Shown piece after piece: positions 9,994 through 20,234 of a DNA stretch of 64,000 nt. Below the pieces are notes generated by a model that saw only the letters and a program-made list of their open reading frames with translations, did not search any database and had not been told where the DNA came from. Source of the stretch: Candidatus Thalassospirochaeta sargassi (GTDB lineage Bacteria > Spirochaetota > Spirochaetia > UBA9216). The stretch's first letter is position 1. Every line of letters begins with the position of its first letter. The DNA lies in assembly GCA_028532855.1 (NCBI GenBank), contig JAQQAL010000035.1, positions 39,481 to 103,480 on the forward strand, written 5' to 3'. The translations under genes were made by a program, and so were the position numbers.

Positions 9994-10827
9994 TCATGAC
10001 ACTCTTTGCCGCTTCAGCAGATTTTTAATCTGGCGGATCCTGTTCGGATGAATAAAAAGTATCAGCACCCCGCCTATAATATTACCAAGGGTAACAGGCA
10101 GGATATTCCCCCACATCGACAGATGTTCAGGAAAAGAGGCGCCTTGAATAAAAAGCCCTATAGGAATTAGAAACATATTCGCGACACAGTGCTCAAAACC
10201 TATAGCTACAAATGCCATAACAGGTGCTAGACAGCAAAGCATCTTTGAGACAATGTCCTTTGCCATTGCCGACATAATAACAGCCAGAATAACCAGCATA
10301 TTACAGAAGATCCCGCGAATGACAGACGCTTCAAAGGACAGCGCCATTTTTTTTACGGCAATTGCAGAGGCAAGCTGGCCAATTCCGCCTATTTCCTCAA
10401 CACCACCGAAGAGTGATGTAGGACTTCCGAAGAGCCCGGAGCGGTAAACGAGCCAGGTGTATACAATAGCGCCGATGAAATTACCGACATAAACAAACAC
10501 CCAGCTCCTTATAAGTTTCCTGTAACTGTAATGCCTGGTAACGGCACCCACAGTCATAATTACATTACCGGTAAAAAGTTCGGCACCCGCTATCACTACA
10601 AGAATCAATCCTACAGCAAAAACTGCTCCGCCGACAATCTTACCGGCTCCCTCATTAAGTGCAACAAGAAATAAATGCCCGCCTATACTGATATATATAC
10701 CGGCAAGTATACCGAGCAGAATCAACTGCCACGGTTTAGTGTTGGCCTTCTTTTCTCCAAGTTTTGAGATTGTTTTTCCAAGCTCTTCGAAAGACAGCTT
10801 GGGATCATAATTTTTCATATCTGACAT
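9994..10827 (-). CDS. formate/nitrite transporter (FNT) family channel
   Basis: GAELFTGN, GIFCNMLV, GFEHCVANM, VTLGNIIGG motifs. Confidence 0.93.
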   Translation of the reverse strand: MSDMKNYDPKLSFEELGKTISKLGEKKANTKPWQLILLGILAGIYISIGGHLFLVALNEGAGKIVGGAVFAVGLILVVIAGAELFTGNVIMTVGAVTRHYSYRKLIRSWVFVYVGNFIGAIVYTWLVYRSGLFGSPTSLFGGVEEIGGIGQLASAIAVKKMALSFEASVIRGIFCNMLVILAVIMSAMAKDIVSKMLCCLAPVMAFVAIGFEHCVANMFLIPIGLFIQGASFPEHLSMWGNILPVTLGNIIGGVLILFIHPNRIRQIKNLLKRQRVS

Positions 10828-10913
10828 AAGACCAGATTATCATGAGATTAAAACTATGTCATGTTTTTAAATTCAATTCCCAACTAAACAGGTTTACAAT
10901 CGTATATATAAGT

Positions 10914-11426
10914 ATGGAAGACTTCGAAGAAATCTGGGAAAAATACTACCCGAAGCTGACAGTCTACCTGCGCAGCTCCTTCGGTTTCTACGATACCGAA
11001 GACCTTGTTCAGGAGATAATGATGAAAGTGTATACCAATCTTCACAGGTATCGTTCAAAGTGGTCATTCAGCACCTGGATATACACAATAGCACACAACT
11101 GTGCCTTGGACGCCCTTAAAAAAAATACCTCAAAACTCAGGGTCATTGAAAAAGTAAAACAGGAGGCAGTCGCTTCCTCACCGGCCTCGGCAAGCGCCGA
11201 GTCTGTAACCCTGAAAAATGAACTGCAGGCCGGGATAGCTATGTTTATTGAATCGCTGCCTGCAACTGAGCGCCAGGTGGCCTTTCTGAAATATCATGAG
11301 CAGATGAAATATAGAGAGATAAGCCGGGTTATAAAAATACCAGAGGGAACTGTTAAATATCACATTCACAATATTAAGCGGAAATTTTCGAAACATTATG
11401 GAGAAAACTATGAAAATAGAAGATGA
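10914..11426 (+). CDS. ECF RNA polymerase sigma factor
   Basis: EDLVQE, FSTWIYTIAHN (region 2); YREIS..IPEGTVK (region 4). Confidence 0.9.
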   Translation: MEDFEEIWEKYYPKLTVYLRSSFGFYDTEDLVQEIMMKVYTNLHRYRSKWSFSTWIYTIAHNCALDALKKNTSKLRVIEKVKQEAVASSPASASAESVTLKNELQAGIAMFIESLPATERQVAFLKYHEQMKYREISRVIKIPEGTVKYHIHNIKRKFSKHYGENYENRR

Positions 11427-11727
11427 ACTAGGAAAATTTTATGATGACGAAATTAACAAGGTATCGGTTCCCCACACCCCGAGATTCTACGGCAGCCAGC
11501 AATATTCACAGACCGCCTGCAATGGTCAATTATTTCGTTTTGCCTTCGCCGCACTCATAGCCATAGCCTTCATACCACTTATCTATGGCGCATCAAACCC
11601 CTCAACCCTTGCCGTAAAAACAGCTGACCTGTGCCGGACCTATGAAATAAACACCATTATATCAGAAGGGCTGCTTGATCTGCATGAAATAGTATCAAAA
11701 TCAATTTTCTCAGGAGGAAAAAAATGA
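11410..11727 (+). CDS. putative single-TM anti-sigma factor
   Basis: Overlaps the sigma gene 3' end; short soluble N-terminus followed by one TM helix. Confidence 0.55.
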   Translation: MKIEDELGKFYDDEINKVSVPHTPRFYGSQQYSQTACNGQLFRFAFAALIAIAFIPLIYGASNPSTLAVKTADLCRTYEINTIISEGLLDLHEIVSKSIFSGGKK

Positions 11728-12179
11728 AAAAAACATACATTCTCAGTGTTATTCTTTTTACAATTGTCTGTATCTTCGGAATGATTATGTCCGGATGCAT
11801 CACCTGCTTCTTCGATATCGGCAGCCTGGCAATGGTACTGCTGAGCACATTTATAATGATGCTTGCAAACTACAGCACTGCTGAAATCAAAAATGCATTC
11901 ACTCTTGGTTTTAGCAGGGATTTGCCCGAGCCCCCGGCGCTTAAGGCAGGGATTATTTTCTTCAAAGCATTTCAAAAATATCTAATTCTCTCGGGCGCCA
12001 TGGGATTTTTCCTCGGGCTGATTGCAATGCTCGCACTCCTCGATGCACCTGAAATAATCGGCCGGGGGATGGCTCTTGCACTTCTATCAGTGCTCTACGC
12101 CGTTTTTTTCAGTGCGGTAATCGCGGTTCCTTTTCGTACAGGACTTGAAAAAAAACTAGCCGAAGCAGAAAATAAATAA
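11724..12179 (+). CDS. small MotA/TolQ/ExbB-like membrane protein
   Basis: Four hydrophobic segments; GFFLGLIAML..IGRGMALALLSVLYA resembles the MotA TM3/TM4 region. Confidence 0.65.
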   Translation: MKKTYILSVILFTIVCIFGMIMSGCITCFFDIGSLAMVLLSTFIMMLANYSTAEIKNAFTLGFSRDLPEPPALKAGIIFFKAFQKYLILSGAMGFFLGLIAMLALLDAPEIIGRGMALALLSVLYAVFFSAVIAVPFRTGLEKKLAEAENK

Positions 12180-12284
12180 TTGCCTAATGGAGCGCCCTCC
12201 CACTCCCGCCAAACCCCGGACTGCTGCCGGCAAAGGGAGGATTTTCCGCTCCCCGATTCCTTCATTTATGTGATAAAATAAAAT

Positions 12285-13118
12285 ATGAATCCATTAATCG
12301 GAACCTGTTCCTGGAACTATCCTTCATGGAAAAATCTCGTATATACAAAAACCGGAAAGCGGGCGGTTGATTATCTTCCGGAATACAGCAGCCGCTACAG
12401 AACTGTGGAAATCGACAGTTGGTTCTACAGAATACCTGATCCGATTACAGTCAATGAATATCTTAAAGCGGTGGATTCTGATTTTCGTTTCACCTGTAAA
12501 ATACCGAACAAAATCAGCCTCACCCACCAGCGACCTGTAAACGGCTCCAAAGAGCTGATAGAAAACCCGTTTTTTCTTTCGAATGAGGTTTTTGAGGACT
12601 TCCTCAACCTGATTGAACCAATGCTCCCCAGGATAGATGCGCTCATGCTTGAGTTCGAATACCTGAATAGAAGCAAAATGCCCTCAATGGATGTTTTTTT
12701 GCGAAAACTTGAAGAGTTCTGCCACGTCGTTCCGGCTGGAATACCTCTGGCAGTTGAAATCCGTAATAAAAACTATCTGCATGAAGAGTACTTTAACATG
12801 CTGCATGAATGTGGAATCATACATGTGTTTTCAGAGAAAATCTTCATGCCTCCGATTACACAGGTTTATGCTCAATTCGGACATCTGCTTAACAGCAGTT
12901 CGGTGATCAGACTACTCGGTGGAGACCGTCGGGAAATTGAAAAAACTACTGACAAAAAGTGGAACCGTATAGTCGAACCGAAGGATGAGCTTGTTTCAAT
13001 TATTAAGATGACTAAAGATCTTATCAGCCGTGGAAAGCGTGTAACAATAAACGTAAACAATCACTATGAAGGCTCCGCTCCGCTGACTATAGCGAAAATA
13101 GAGGAATTACTCCGCTAA
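12285..13118 (+). CDS. DUF72 (YecE-like) protein
   Basis: IGTCSWNYPSW, TVEIDSWFY, AVEIRN, VNNHYEGSAP. Confidence 0.9.
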   Translation: MNPLIGTCSWNYPSWKNLVYTKTGKRAVDYLPEYSSRYRTVEIDSWFYRIPDPITVNEYLKAVDSDFRFTCKIPNKISLTHQRPVNGSKELIENPFFLSNEVFEDFLNLIEPMLPRIDALMLEFEYLNRSKMPSMDVFLRKLEEFCHVVPAGIPLAVEIRNKNYLHEEYFNMLHECGIIHVFSEKIFMPPITQVYAQFGHLLNSSSVIRLLGGDRREIEKTTDKKWNRIVEPKDELVSIIKMTKDLISRGKRVTINVNNHYEGSAPLTIAKIEELLR

Positions 13119-13251
13119 GCCTCCCCCATTGCAAATATTTTTATAATCATATATTATATGGCCTCTTGGGCAGTTTGTGCCCCATAATTTCCGAATAGCC
13201 GGGATTTTCCGGCCTCTTCTTTTCCATGTGTCCGGCGGGTAGAGATTTGTA

Positions 13252-14664
13252 ATGACCCGGACCTGGAATAAAATGAATAAACAGAACTCTCAGATTGATA
13301 CATCGCATTTGAAAGGTGTATTTGCAAAATTACGCCCCGAAATCAGGCAGGCAGTTGCCGCAAAGGGATATACCGAGCCTTCCCCCATACAGGAAGAGGC
13401 AATTCCTGCGTTACTGCAGGGCTGCGACCTGCTTGGCAGCGCACAGACCGGAACCGGCAAGACAGCCGCCTTCTCGCTCCCGCTGCTGCAGAAACTTTCA
13501 CATGAAAACCGAAGACCCCATAGGGGAACCCCTAAAGCACTCATCCTCGCTCCCACGCGCGAACTTGCCGCTCAGATTGGTGATAACATAAAATCATACA
13601 GCCGTTTTCTGCGGATAAGCCATACCGTAATTTTCGGCGGGGTGAACCAGAATAACCAGATTAGAGCACTAAACCGCGGTGTCGACATTCTTATAGCCAC
13701 CCCGGGCCGACTGCTCGACCTCATGAACCAGGGGTTCATCAACCTTGCCGAAATAGAGGTTTTTATCCTTGACGAGGTTGACCGCATGCTCGACATGGGT
13801 TTCATTCACGACATACGAAAAGTGATCGCAAAAATCCCCGATGAACGGCAGACACTATTCTTTTCAGCCACCCTGCCGCCCAAAATTATGACGCTTGCGG
13901 AGTCTCTTGTTAAAAACCCCGTTGTCATTGAGATTGCACCAGAACAGCCTGCTGTGGAACGAATTGATCAGCGCGTACTGTTTGTAGACAGCGATAAGAA
14001 AGATGCCCTTCTGAAAACTATCCTCGACGAAACAGAGCTTGAGAAGGTTATTATATTCACTCAGATGAAGCATGTGGCAAACCGCGTCGTTGACAGGTTG
14101 TCGGCGGCAGGCATTCAAAGCGCCGCAATCCACGGTAATAAAAGCCAATCGGCAAGGGTCAAAGCCCTGAACGGTTTCAAACAGGGACGGCTCAGGGTTC
14201 TTGTTGCAACAGATGTAGCTGCACGTGGAATTGATGTCGACAATGTAAGTCATGTTATTAACTACGATATGCCGATGGAGGCAGAAACCTACGTGCACCG
14301 AATAGGCAGAACAGCCAGAGCCGGCGCCGATGGAACTTCCATCTCATTCTGTACTGCAGAAGACAGAGCCTACCTTAAGGCTGTCGATAAACTACTTGAT
14401 ACACCTGTTCCGGTTGACATCAATCATGCCTTCCACAGCGACAGAGCCCAGAACTCCAACATGCCGGCACCCAGGAACTTCGGACGCGGACAGAGCAGGG
14501 GCGGCCGCGGCGGAGGAAGGCCCCAGAGCCGGGGACGTCAGGGGGGAAGACCGGGGTCTAACAGACCCGGCGGAAATCGCAGTGGAGGTAATCACAACAG
14601 CGGAAACCGTCACAACAGCAGCCGGCAGGGCAGCGGAAACAGCTACCACCGCAGACCTGATTAA
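13252..14664 (+). CDS. rhlE: DEAD-box RNA helicase (RhlE-like)
   Basis: AQTGTGKT, PTRELA, TPGRLLD, DEVD, SAT, ARGID, HRIGRTAR; G/R/N-rich tail. Start may be 13273. Confidence 0.85.
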   Translation: MTRTWNKMNKQNSQIDTSHLKGVFAKLRPEIRQAVAAKGYTEPSPIQEEAIPALLQGCDLLGSAQTGTGKTAAFSLPLLQKLSHENRRPHRGTPKALILAPTRELAAQIGDNIKSYSRFLRISHTVIFGGVNQNNQIRALNRGVDILIATPGRLLDLMNQGFINLAEIEVFILDEVDRMLDMGFIHDIRKVIAKIPDERQTLFFSATLPPKIMTLAESLVKNPVVIEIAPEQPAVERIDQRVLFVDSDKKDALLKTILDETELEKVIIFTQMKHVANRVVDRLSAAGIQSAAIHGNKSQSARVKALNGFKQGRLRVLVATDVAARGIDVDNVSHVINYDMPMEAETYVHRIGRTARAGADGTSISFCTAEDRAYLKAVDKLLDTPVPVDINHAFHSDRAQNSNMPAPRNFGRGQSRGGRGGGRPQSRGRQGGRPGSNRPGGNRSGGNHNSGNRHNSSRQGSGNSYHRRPD

Positions 14665-14750
14665 AAACAGCAGGCAGCTCCTGCGCTCACTCTTTTTTGA
14701 ATTGAAGTTTCCTCTATATTTAATATAATTACAGTAGGAGAGATACTTCC

Positions 14751-16028
14751 ATGAATGTCGTCAATGCTGTTCTTCTGAAAGTCGGTCTGCAGGATAATAT
14801 TCCAATCATTTATTACTACCATGAGGGAAAACATTCTTCGGCAGTTCTGGTAAACCCGGAAGTTCTTTCGGGAAGCCTGATTTCCGGAATCGAACTAAAA
14901 ATGAAAATATACCCCGGAGAACAAAGTGCCAGCGGCGCCCCGGAGGTTGAACTGCTTCCCGAGAAAACTGATTATCTGCCTGCACGCTTTGTCTCGATGC
15001 TGGAAGAATCCCCACCCGAGCATTCGACCTTCTTCGGTCTATGCTCAAAGACTGAAAACGGCAGGGGGCGTTATTATATGCTTCGGGATCTGGATGACGA
15101 CGGGTTGCTGTTGTGCACCGGAATATACAGTCTTAAAAAGGATCAAGCCGTATGCAGCATCTTCGACGGAGAATGGCATCTGCGTTACAACATAGTTGAA
15201 AATTTTTTCTACAGCTTTGAAAGACCCGAAAGCCAGATAATCAGGTGGAAGCATCCCTCGATCAGATTAAAAAAAATTGATGACAGTCTCAGCTATAAAC
15301 AACTGACCAAACGGCACCGCAATTATGCCGCCGGGTGGCACAGATATAACTATTTCTGGTCTGACGACTGGTCAAAAACTTTTTATTGCAAACAGGCAAG
15401 GTTGGGTTTTATTGCAATCACGAACTTTGAAGACGGCAGGGTTAAACTTCTTCCACAGCTACAGCGCGAATATGCAGTCCTTGATTGGCAGGATTTAAAT
15501 ATTGACCGTAAAACAGCTAAAATCATAAACAGCAATAGAATAGCTGATGAGAATATTCGGCTCAATATCAGCGCTGATCCTGCTGAAGTTTTAACTCATC
15601 TAAGAACAGCCTGGGAAGAATGCTGGATAACAAAAGAATATGCTGATCTGATTGAATCAATAGCAGCCGACTGTAGAGAAAAAAGGGATCGTAAGATGCA
15701 GATATTGGGTGTAAGCCTCACCGCAGATAAGGACTCAAAGATTATCGCCGGTGAGCTGGGTTATACGATAGGAAAAACCTACACTAGCCTTTCAGGCTTC
15801 TTTCATCGGGAAGACAAAAGATTCAATAATTTCGGCAAGCTTCAGATGGTTCTGCTAGCGGGGGTGCTTGAAAACAGTGGTATTGCATTCTGGAACCTCG
15901 GGCAGCCGTATATGGAGTACAAACTTAAACTTGGAGCAAAGGTTGTTCCAAGGGGGCTATTCCTGAAACGCTGGGACAAAGCCGTTAAGGGCCGCACTCC
16001 GAAACTGCAGCATCATCAGCAATATTAA
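14751..16028 (+). CDS. leucyl/phenylalanyl-tRNA-protein transferase-like domain with a long N-terminal extension
   Basis: C-terminal AGELGY..YTSLSGF..GKLQM..FWNLG..YKLKLGA..PRGLFL resembles the Aat GNAT-like core. Confidence 0.6.
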   Translation: MNVVNAVLLKVGLQDNIPIIYYYHEGKHSSAVLVNPEVLSGSLISGIELKMKIYPGEQSASGAPEVELLPEKTDYLPARFVSMLEESPPEHSTFFGLCSKTENGRGRYYMLRDLDDDGLLLCTGIYSLKKDQAVCSIFDGEWHLRYNIVENFFYSFERPESQIIRWKHPSIRLKKIDDSLSYKQLTKRHRNYAAGWHRYNYFWSDDWSKTFYCKQARLGFIAITNFEDGRVKLLPQLQREYAVLDWQDLNIDRKTAKIINSNRIADENIRLNISADPAEVLTHLRTAWEECWITKEYADLIESIAADCREKRDRKMQILGVSLTADKDSKIIAGELGYTIGKTYTSLSGFFHREDKRFNNFGKLQMVLLAGVLENSGIAFWNLGQPYMEYKLKLGAKVVPRGLFLKRWDKAVKGRTPKLQHHQQY

Positions 16029-16660
16029 TTAAGCCTTATAATCAAATCGTCATCAGTTAAGAACAGGAATATCATAGGAATTTCAATCAACATTGAACTA
16101 CCGTATAATTCAGCGCTGAATTCCTCTAATGGAGCTTCTTCACCCTCAGCTGTAATCAGTGATGCCTGGGTAATATCCCTGAAATCGCCGGAGAGATCAA
16201 TCAATAAGCGGTATTTCGCGCTTGAAAGAAAGGCGGCGGCGAATTCATCGTCAGCCTCTCCTCCCTCATCGCCCATACCTGGAATCATTATTTCCCATCC
16301 GATATCCGTTTTCTGAGGCAGAAACTCGAGTCTCTCACCCGCGGCATTATTCATCTTGCTCACACTTCCCTTCAGGTAGATCTCAGCTCCAACCTCAAAT
16401 TCATTTTCAATTGGACGAACATCAGCCTCAAGGCCCTGAAACTCTTTAAACATATCATCGCCTATGTCTGTAAACTCACTGTAGTCAGGCGCTTCTCCCG
16501 ACATACCAGCACCAAGCTCAAAAATAGCCTTCTGCATGGTGTATCGAACTGTTAATTCCACCTGCCCCTTCTTCATTGAAACCGCATGAAAAATATCAAG
16601 GCAGCCGGTAAAAAGCATTAATACAACAGCTAGGGTTATTAATACAAAAATCTTCTTCAT
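16025..16660 (-). CDS. hypothetical lipoprotein
   Basis: Lipobox FTGC. Confidence 0.7.
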   Translation of the reverse strand: MKKIFVLITLAVVLMLFTGCLDIFHAVSMKKGQVELTVRYTMQKAIFELGAGMSGEAPDYSEFTDIGDDMFKEFQGLEADVRPIENEFEVGAEIYLKGSVSKMNNAAGERLEFLPQKTDIGWEIMIPGMGDEGGEADDEFAAAFLSSAKYRLLIDLSGDFRDITQASLITAEGEEAPLEEFSAELYGSSMLIEIPMIFLFLTDDDLIIRLN

Positions 16661-16663
16661 TCT

Positions 16664-17551
16664 TCACTCTCCTGCATCGGCGGATAATCTTTTCAGTACA
16701 GCTTCGGTCACCGCACCGTTTTTGACTGAATGTATCATGCCATTCTTATCAATAATTATAGTAGTTGGAATAGTCTTTATATCATATGCAGCGGCGATTC
16801 TGCCGTCTTTATCGTATAAAACTGGAAAATTGAGCTTGTTTTCAGCAACAAATGCCGAAAGCCCCGATGGGTCGGTCTCAGTTGTATACATGTTAATCGA
16901 GAGAAAGACCGGCCCTTCAGGGTCAAGCCCCTCATGAAAACTTATAAGCTCAGGCAGTTCAGCACGGCATGGAGGACACCAGCTTGCCCAGAAATTAAGC
17001 ACAACAGTACGCCCTGCGTTATCAGAGAGCCTGTAAACCTTACCGTCCTGCGCATCAAGGGTAAAATCATAGGCCGGGGCTCCGACAGCAGCTGCAGGCC
17101 CCTCAACCGGATTGCTGACAGTTCCAATAATCCAGGAGGTCCCGGCTCCAAAAATTAGAAATGCTGCTGCAAGCAGTACGGCGTTTAATAAAAATCCTAT
17201 GACCAAATCCTTCAGCTGCCTGCGTCTTTTAAACAGAGAAAAACCAAGAAAAACAGCAGCAGCTGATACCCCCGTAATTATCCCCGCTCTGCCGCCGGGC
17301 AGGAATAAAAGTGCCGAGGGGTTTTCGGCGACGGTACTGAATTGAAAAAGCAGCGGCGACATCTTCCAGACTATGATTATTATAAAAATTATGTTAACAA
17401 GAATGCCGTCTATAACCTTCAGCTGTTCAGGCAGTTTACGATAGATTCTTTTCGTCAGGATCCTATAGACCATCCAGGCCAGAATGACGGGTAAAAAAAG
17501 CCATGGAATATTAAACGATCCCAGGCTGATTGTCTGCAATAAGCTTCTCAT
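16664..17551 (-). CDS. membrane-anchored TlpA/ResA-like redoxin with N-terminal multi-TM domain
   Basis: NFWASWCPPC, IPTT cis-Pro loop; about four N-terminal TM helices. Confidence 0.85.
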   Translation of the reverse strand: MRSLLQTISLGSFNIPWLFLPVILAWMVYRILTKRIYRKLPEQLKVIDGILVNIIFIIIIVWKMSPLLFQFSTVAENPSALLFLPGGRAGIITGVSAAAVFLGFSLFKRRRQLKDLVIGFLLNAVLLAAAFLIFGAGTSWIIGTVSNPVEGPAAAVGAPAYDFTLDAQDGKVYRLSDNAGRTVVLNFWASWCPPCRAELPELISFHEGLDPEGPVFLSINMYTTETDPSGLSAFVAENKLNFPVLYDKDGRIAAAYDIKTIPTTIIIDKNGMIHSVKNGAVTEAVLKRLSADAGE

Positions 17552-17628
17552 TAAATTATTATAATAAAAAGATGATTAAACTGAAATATTTCTTTGACAA
17601 TATTCCTCTATTATAACAGAATTAGACT

Positions 17629-19176
17629 ATGAAAGAACACGGGAAACAGTTTGACAGCAGGAGCTTTTTAATTCTGGTTAATGAAATCTACGGTCCTCTG
17701 GGAGCGTTCATCAATTTCGCAGTTTCCAATAAAGACAAACATGATATCATCAGCAACGATTTTCTAGGCAGGGCAAAGTTCGTCGCAACACGACTTGAAG
17801 AACTCCTGGACCATTACAACGCAAAAAATAATCTGAAATGGAGACCTTTCAGAGATAATATTGCCACGATCAAGCGATTTACCGATATCTCTTACATAAC
17901 CCTTCATTTGAAATCAACTTCACCCCAATACAGACTTTTAAGCGGGATTGACACCTTCCTGGCTGACACAGACAGGGTACTGAATCAGTTTTCTTCTTCT
18001 CTATATGAAATATTCGACAAACTGACTGAGAGCGCAGTGTCGCTCGGCATTGAACAGCAGGAGGCAAAGGACAGCACACTATGCCCCAACTGCGACATCC
18101 CGAACGGGCGGCTTGATGCAGATCTTACAAAAACCAGGATCGATAATCCCGAACAGGTAATTGTTAATCTTGCGACCTCTTATCTGAACCTTGCAAGTGA
18201 ATCTGTTCTGTTAAAAAAGATAACCAGCATTCAAAGTAATGATCATAAGGTGCTTGTTCCCGAGGTTATTAATGAAAACTCAATCAGAACGCTTGAAAGT
18301 AAATTCCACAATCTGCAAAGTCTTTACGATACCTACATATCAAATACTGACATCGAGGATACAGATAAGGACCTGAAGCTGATACGCGGACATGCATCCA
18401 TTGTTTATCACCTTCTTGAAGCTTCAACCAGCATCATTCATTATTATGAACGACACATGATGCATATTCCCGAGCAGGCCAGAGCAAATACCTGCATTCC
18501 GATTAAAACAGGCGAGATTCTCAATATCCTGGTAGATTATTACCTCAACTATGCCCAGCAGTTTCTGACAGCAGGAAAAACCCTCTGTAAGAAAGTGATC
18601 AAACGCTATGCTGAAGAGGGAACCATAAATGTAAGCGTTCCCATCTATCGGGGATTTCATGTCAGACCGTCCACCCTTGTAGCCAAAATAATCCAACACT
18701 ACGGCAGTGAGGTTTATATCATCCTGGGAAATTCAAAATTTGATGCATCAAGCCCGATGAATCTGTTCAGGGTAAATGAAGAAATCAATGCTGTTAAGCG
18801 GCGTAACCTGGCCAGAAATATCAGTAATCTTAAAGCAGTTGCGGAAAACAGCAGTATAGAGGATTTTGAAAAGGGGCTTAAAGAGATTTTTCATGAGCTT
18901 CTTGAGGAGAACAAGATTATAAACTATGCATCTGATTTTACCCTGCCCGAGATTAAGTCAATTTCTGAAGAAAGCCTCGGTGAGTATGCAAACAGGGCTA
19001 TTGCCAGCCTTCTAGCCCAGGGCAAGATAGACCTTAGAACCGACCTGACGGTTACCTTCGTCGGCGATAAAAGGGTTCTGGCGGATTTAGAAGTTCTGGC
19101 ATCCTGCGGATATGGTGAAGACAGCTACGGCAACAACATTGTTCTGCCTGAAGAACTGTCCTATCTTAGAAGATAA
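17629..19176 (+). CDS. large protein with a C-terminal HPr-like phosphocarrier domain
   Basis: GFHVRPST (His15 motif) and DASSPMNL (Ser46 motif). Confidence 0.75.
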   Translation: MKEHGKQFDSRSFLILVNEIYGPLGAFINFAVSNKDKHDIISNDFLGRAKFVATRLEELLDHYNAKNNLKWRPFRDNIATIKRFTDISYITLHLKSTSPQYRLLSGIDTFLADTDRVLNQFSSSLYEIFDKLTESAVSLGIEQQEAKDSTLCPNCDIPNGRLDADLTKTRIDNPEQVIVNLATSYLNLASESVLLKKITSIQSNDHKVLVPEVINENSIRTLESKFHNLQSLYDTYISNTDIEDTDKDLKLIRGHASIVYHLLEASTSIIHYYERHMMHIPEQARANTCIPIKTGEILNILVDYYLNYAQQFLTAGKTLCKKVIKRYAEEGTINVSVPIYRGFHVRPSTLVAKIIQHYGSEVYIILGNSKFDASSPMNLFRVNEEINAVKRRNLARNISNLKAVAENSSIEDFEKGLKEIFHELLEENKIINYASDFTLPEIKSISEESLGEYANRAIASLLAQGKIDLRTDLTVTFVGDKRVLADLEVLASCGYGEDSYGNNIVLPEELSYLRR

Positions 19177-19244
19177 TTAGATTTTTTTCCTGTTTTCAGA
19201 ATTCTCATTTGATGATACATTAGTCTCGTTTCTAAGGAGATTTC

Positions 19245-20171
19245 ATGGTTTTTTTTATTGCAGGAATAATTATTGCGGCTTTATTCATCCTGGGCTTTAA
19301 ATTCTACAGGATCTCACTTCACCCGCACAGACATGATCACGAAGAAAGCTTCAATTACGAATTGGAACATGAATCCATTAAACAAAAATACTATGACGTT
19401 CTTGAAAAGGAAGAGTTCACCGCAGATTCAGATTTCGGATACAAAATCAACGGGCTTTGGTTTCCAAACCGAGACACCAACGGCTACGAATCAAAGAGAT
19501 CCGTAATCATCGTTCACGGATACAGTGTTAACATGTTCACCTCACTGAGGTTCCTTAAACTATTCCTTGATAAGGGCTTTAATGTTCTCATTTACGACCA
19601 GCGCTTCCATGGTAAAAGCGGAGGGAAGAACTGTTCTATGGGATATTATGAAAAATATGATCTGCGGACCCTGGTTACCCGTGTCCTTGATAGAACAGGG
19701 TTTAATTCAACAGTCGGCATCCACGGTTCTTCAATGGGGGCCGCAACCGCTGTAATGCATGCAGCCATTGACGATAGAATTTCCTTCACCGTCGCCGACT
19801 GCCCCTATGACGATCTGAACCGGGAATTCGCTCACCGGCTCAAGAAGGATTATAAGCTGCCGGTTTTTCCGCTGATGTATATTTCAAGTCTGATAACGAG
19901 GTTGAGTATGGGATTCTTCTTCAATACAGTATCTCCGCTTAAAGATGTTGATTATATAAAAACTCCTATCCTATTTATCCACGGTGAGCAGGACGATTAT
20001 GTCCCGCCTTCGTGCAGTATCCGTATGTATGAGAAGGTCCGAGGAAAAAAGGGGCTTTATCTGGCAAAGAACGCAGGTCATGGTGAGTCAATCTTTGTGA
20101 ACCGGGATGCCTACGAAAAGGTAGTTTACAGGTTCATTGACAATCTTGAACCGGTAAAACAACAGGATTGA
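19245..20171 (+). CDS. alpha/beta hydrolase (membrane anchored)
   Basis: VHGY, GSSMG nucleophile elbow, IHGEQDDYVP, GHG. Confidence 0.9.
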   Translation: MVFFIAGIIIAALFILGFKFYRISLHPHRHDHEESFNYELEHESIKQKYYDVLEKEEFTADSDFGYKINGLWFPNRDTNGYESKRSVIIVHGYSVNMFTSLRFLKLFLDKGFNVLIYDQRFHGKSGGKNCSMGYYEKYDLRTLVTRVLDRTGFNSTVGIHGSSMGAATAVMHAAIDDRISFTVADCPYDDLNREFAHRLKKDYKLPVFPLMYISSLITRLSMGFFFNTVSPLKDVDYIKTPILFIHGEQDDYVPPSCSIRMYEKVRGKKGLYLAKNAGHGESIFVNRDAYEKVVYRFIDNLEPVKQQD

Positions 20172-20234
20172 TATGCGCAGCTAATTTTATTAGACAACAC
20201 TCGATTATTTTGTCGTTTCAGTGTATAATCAGGT

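Noticed and set aside
14480-14660. Repetitive G-rich sequence
   Set aside because: Coding RGG/N-rich tail of the DEAD-box helicase, not a DNA repeat
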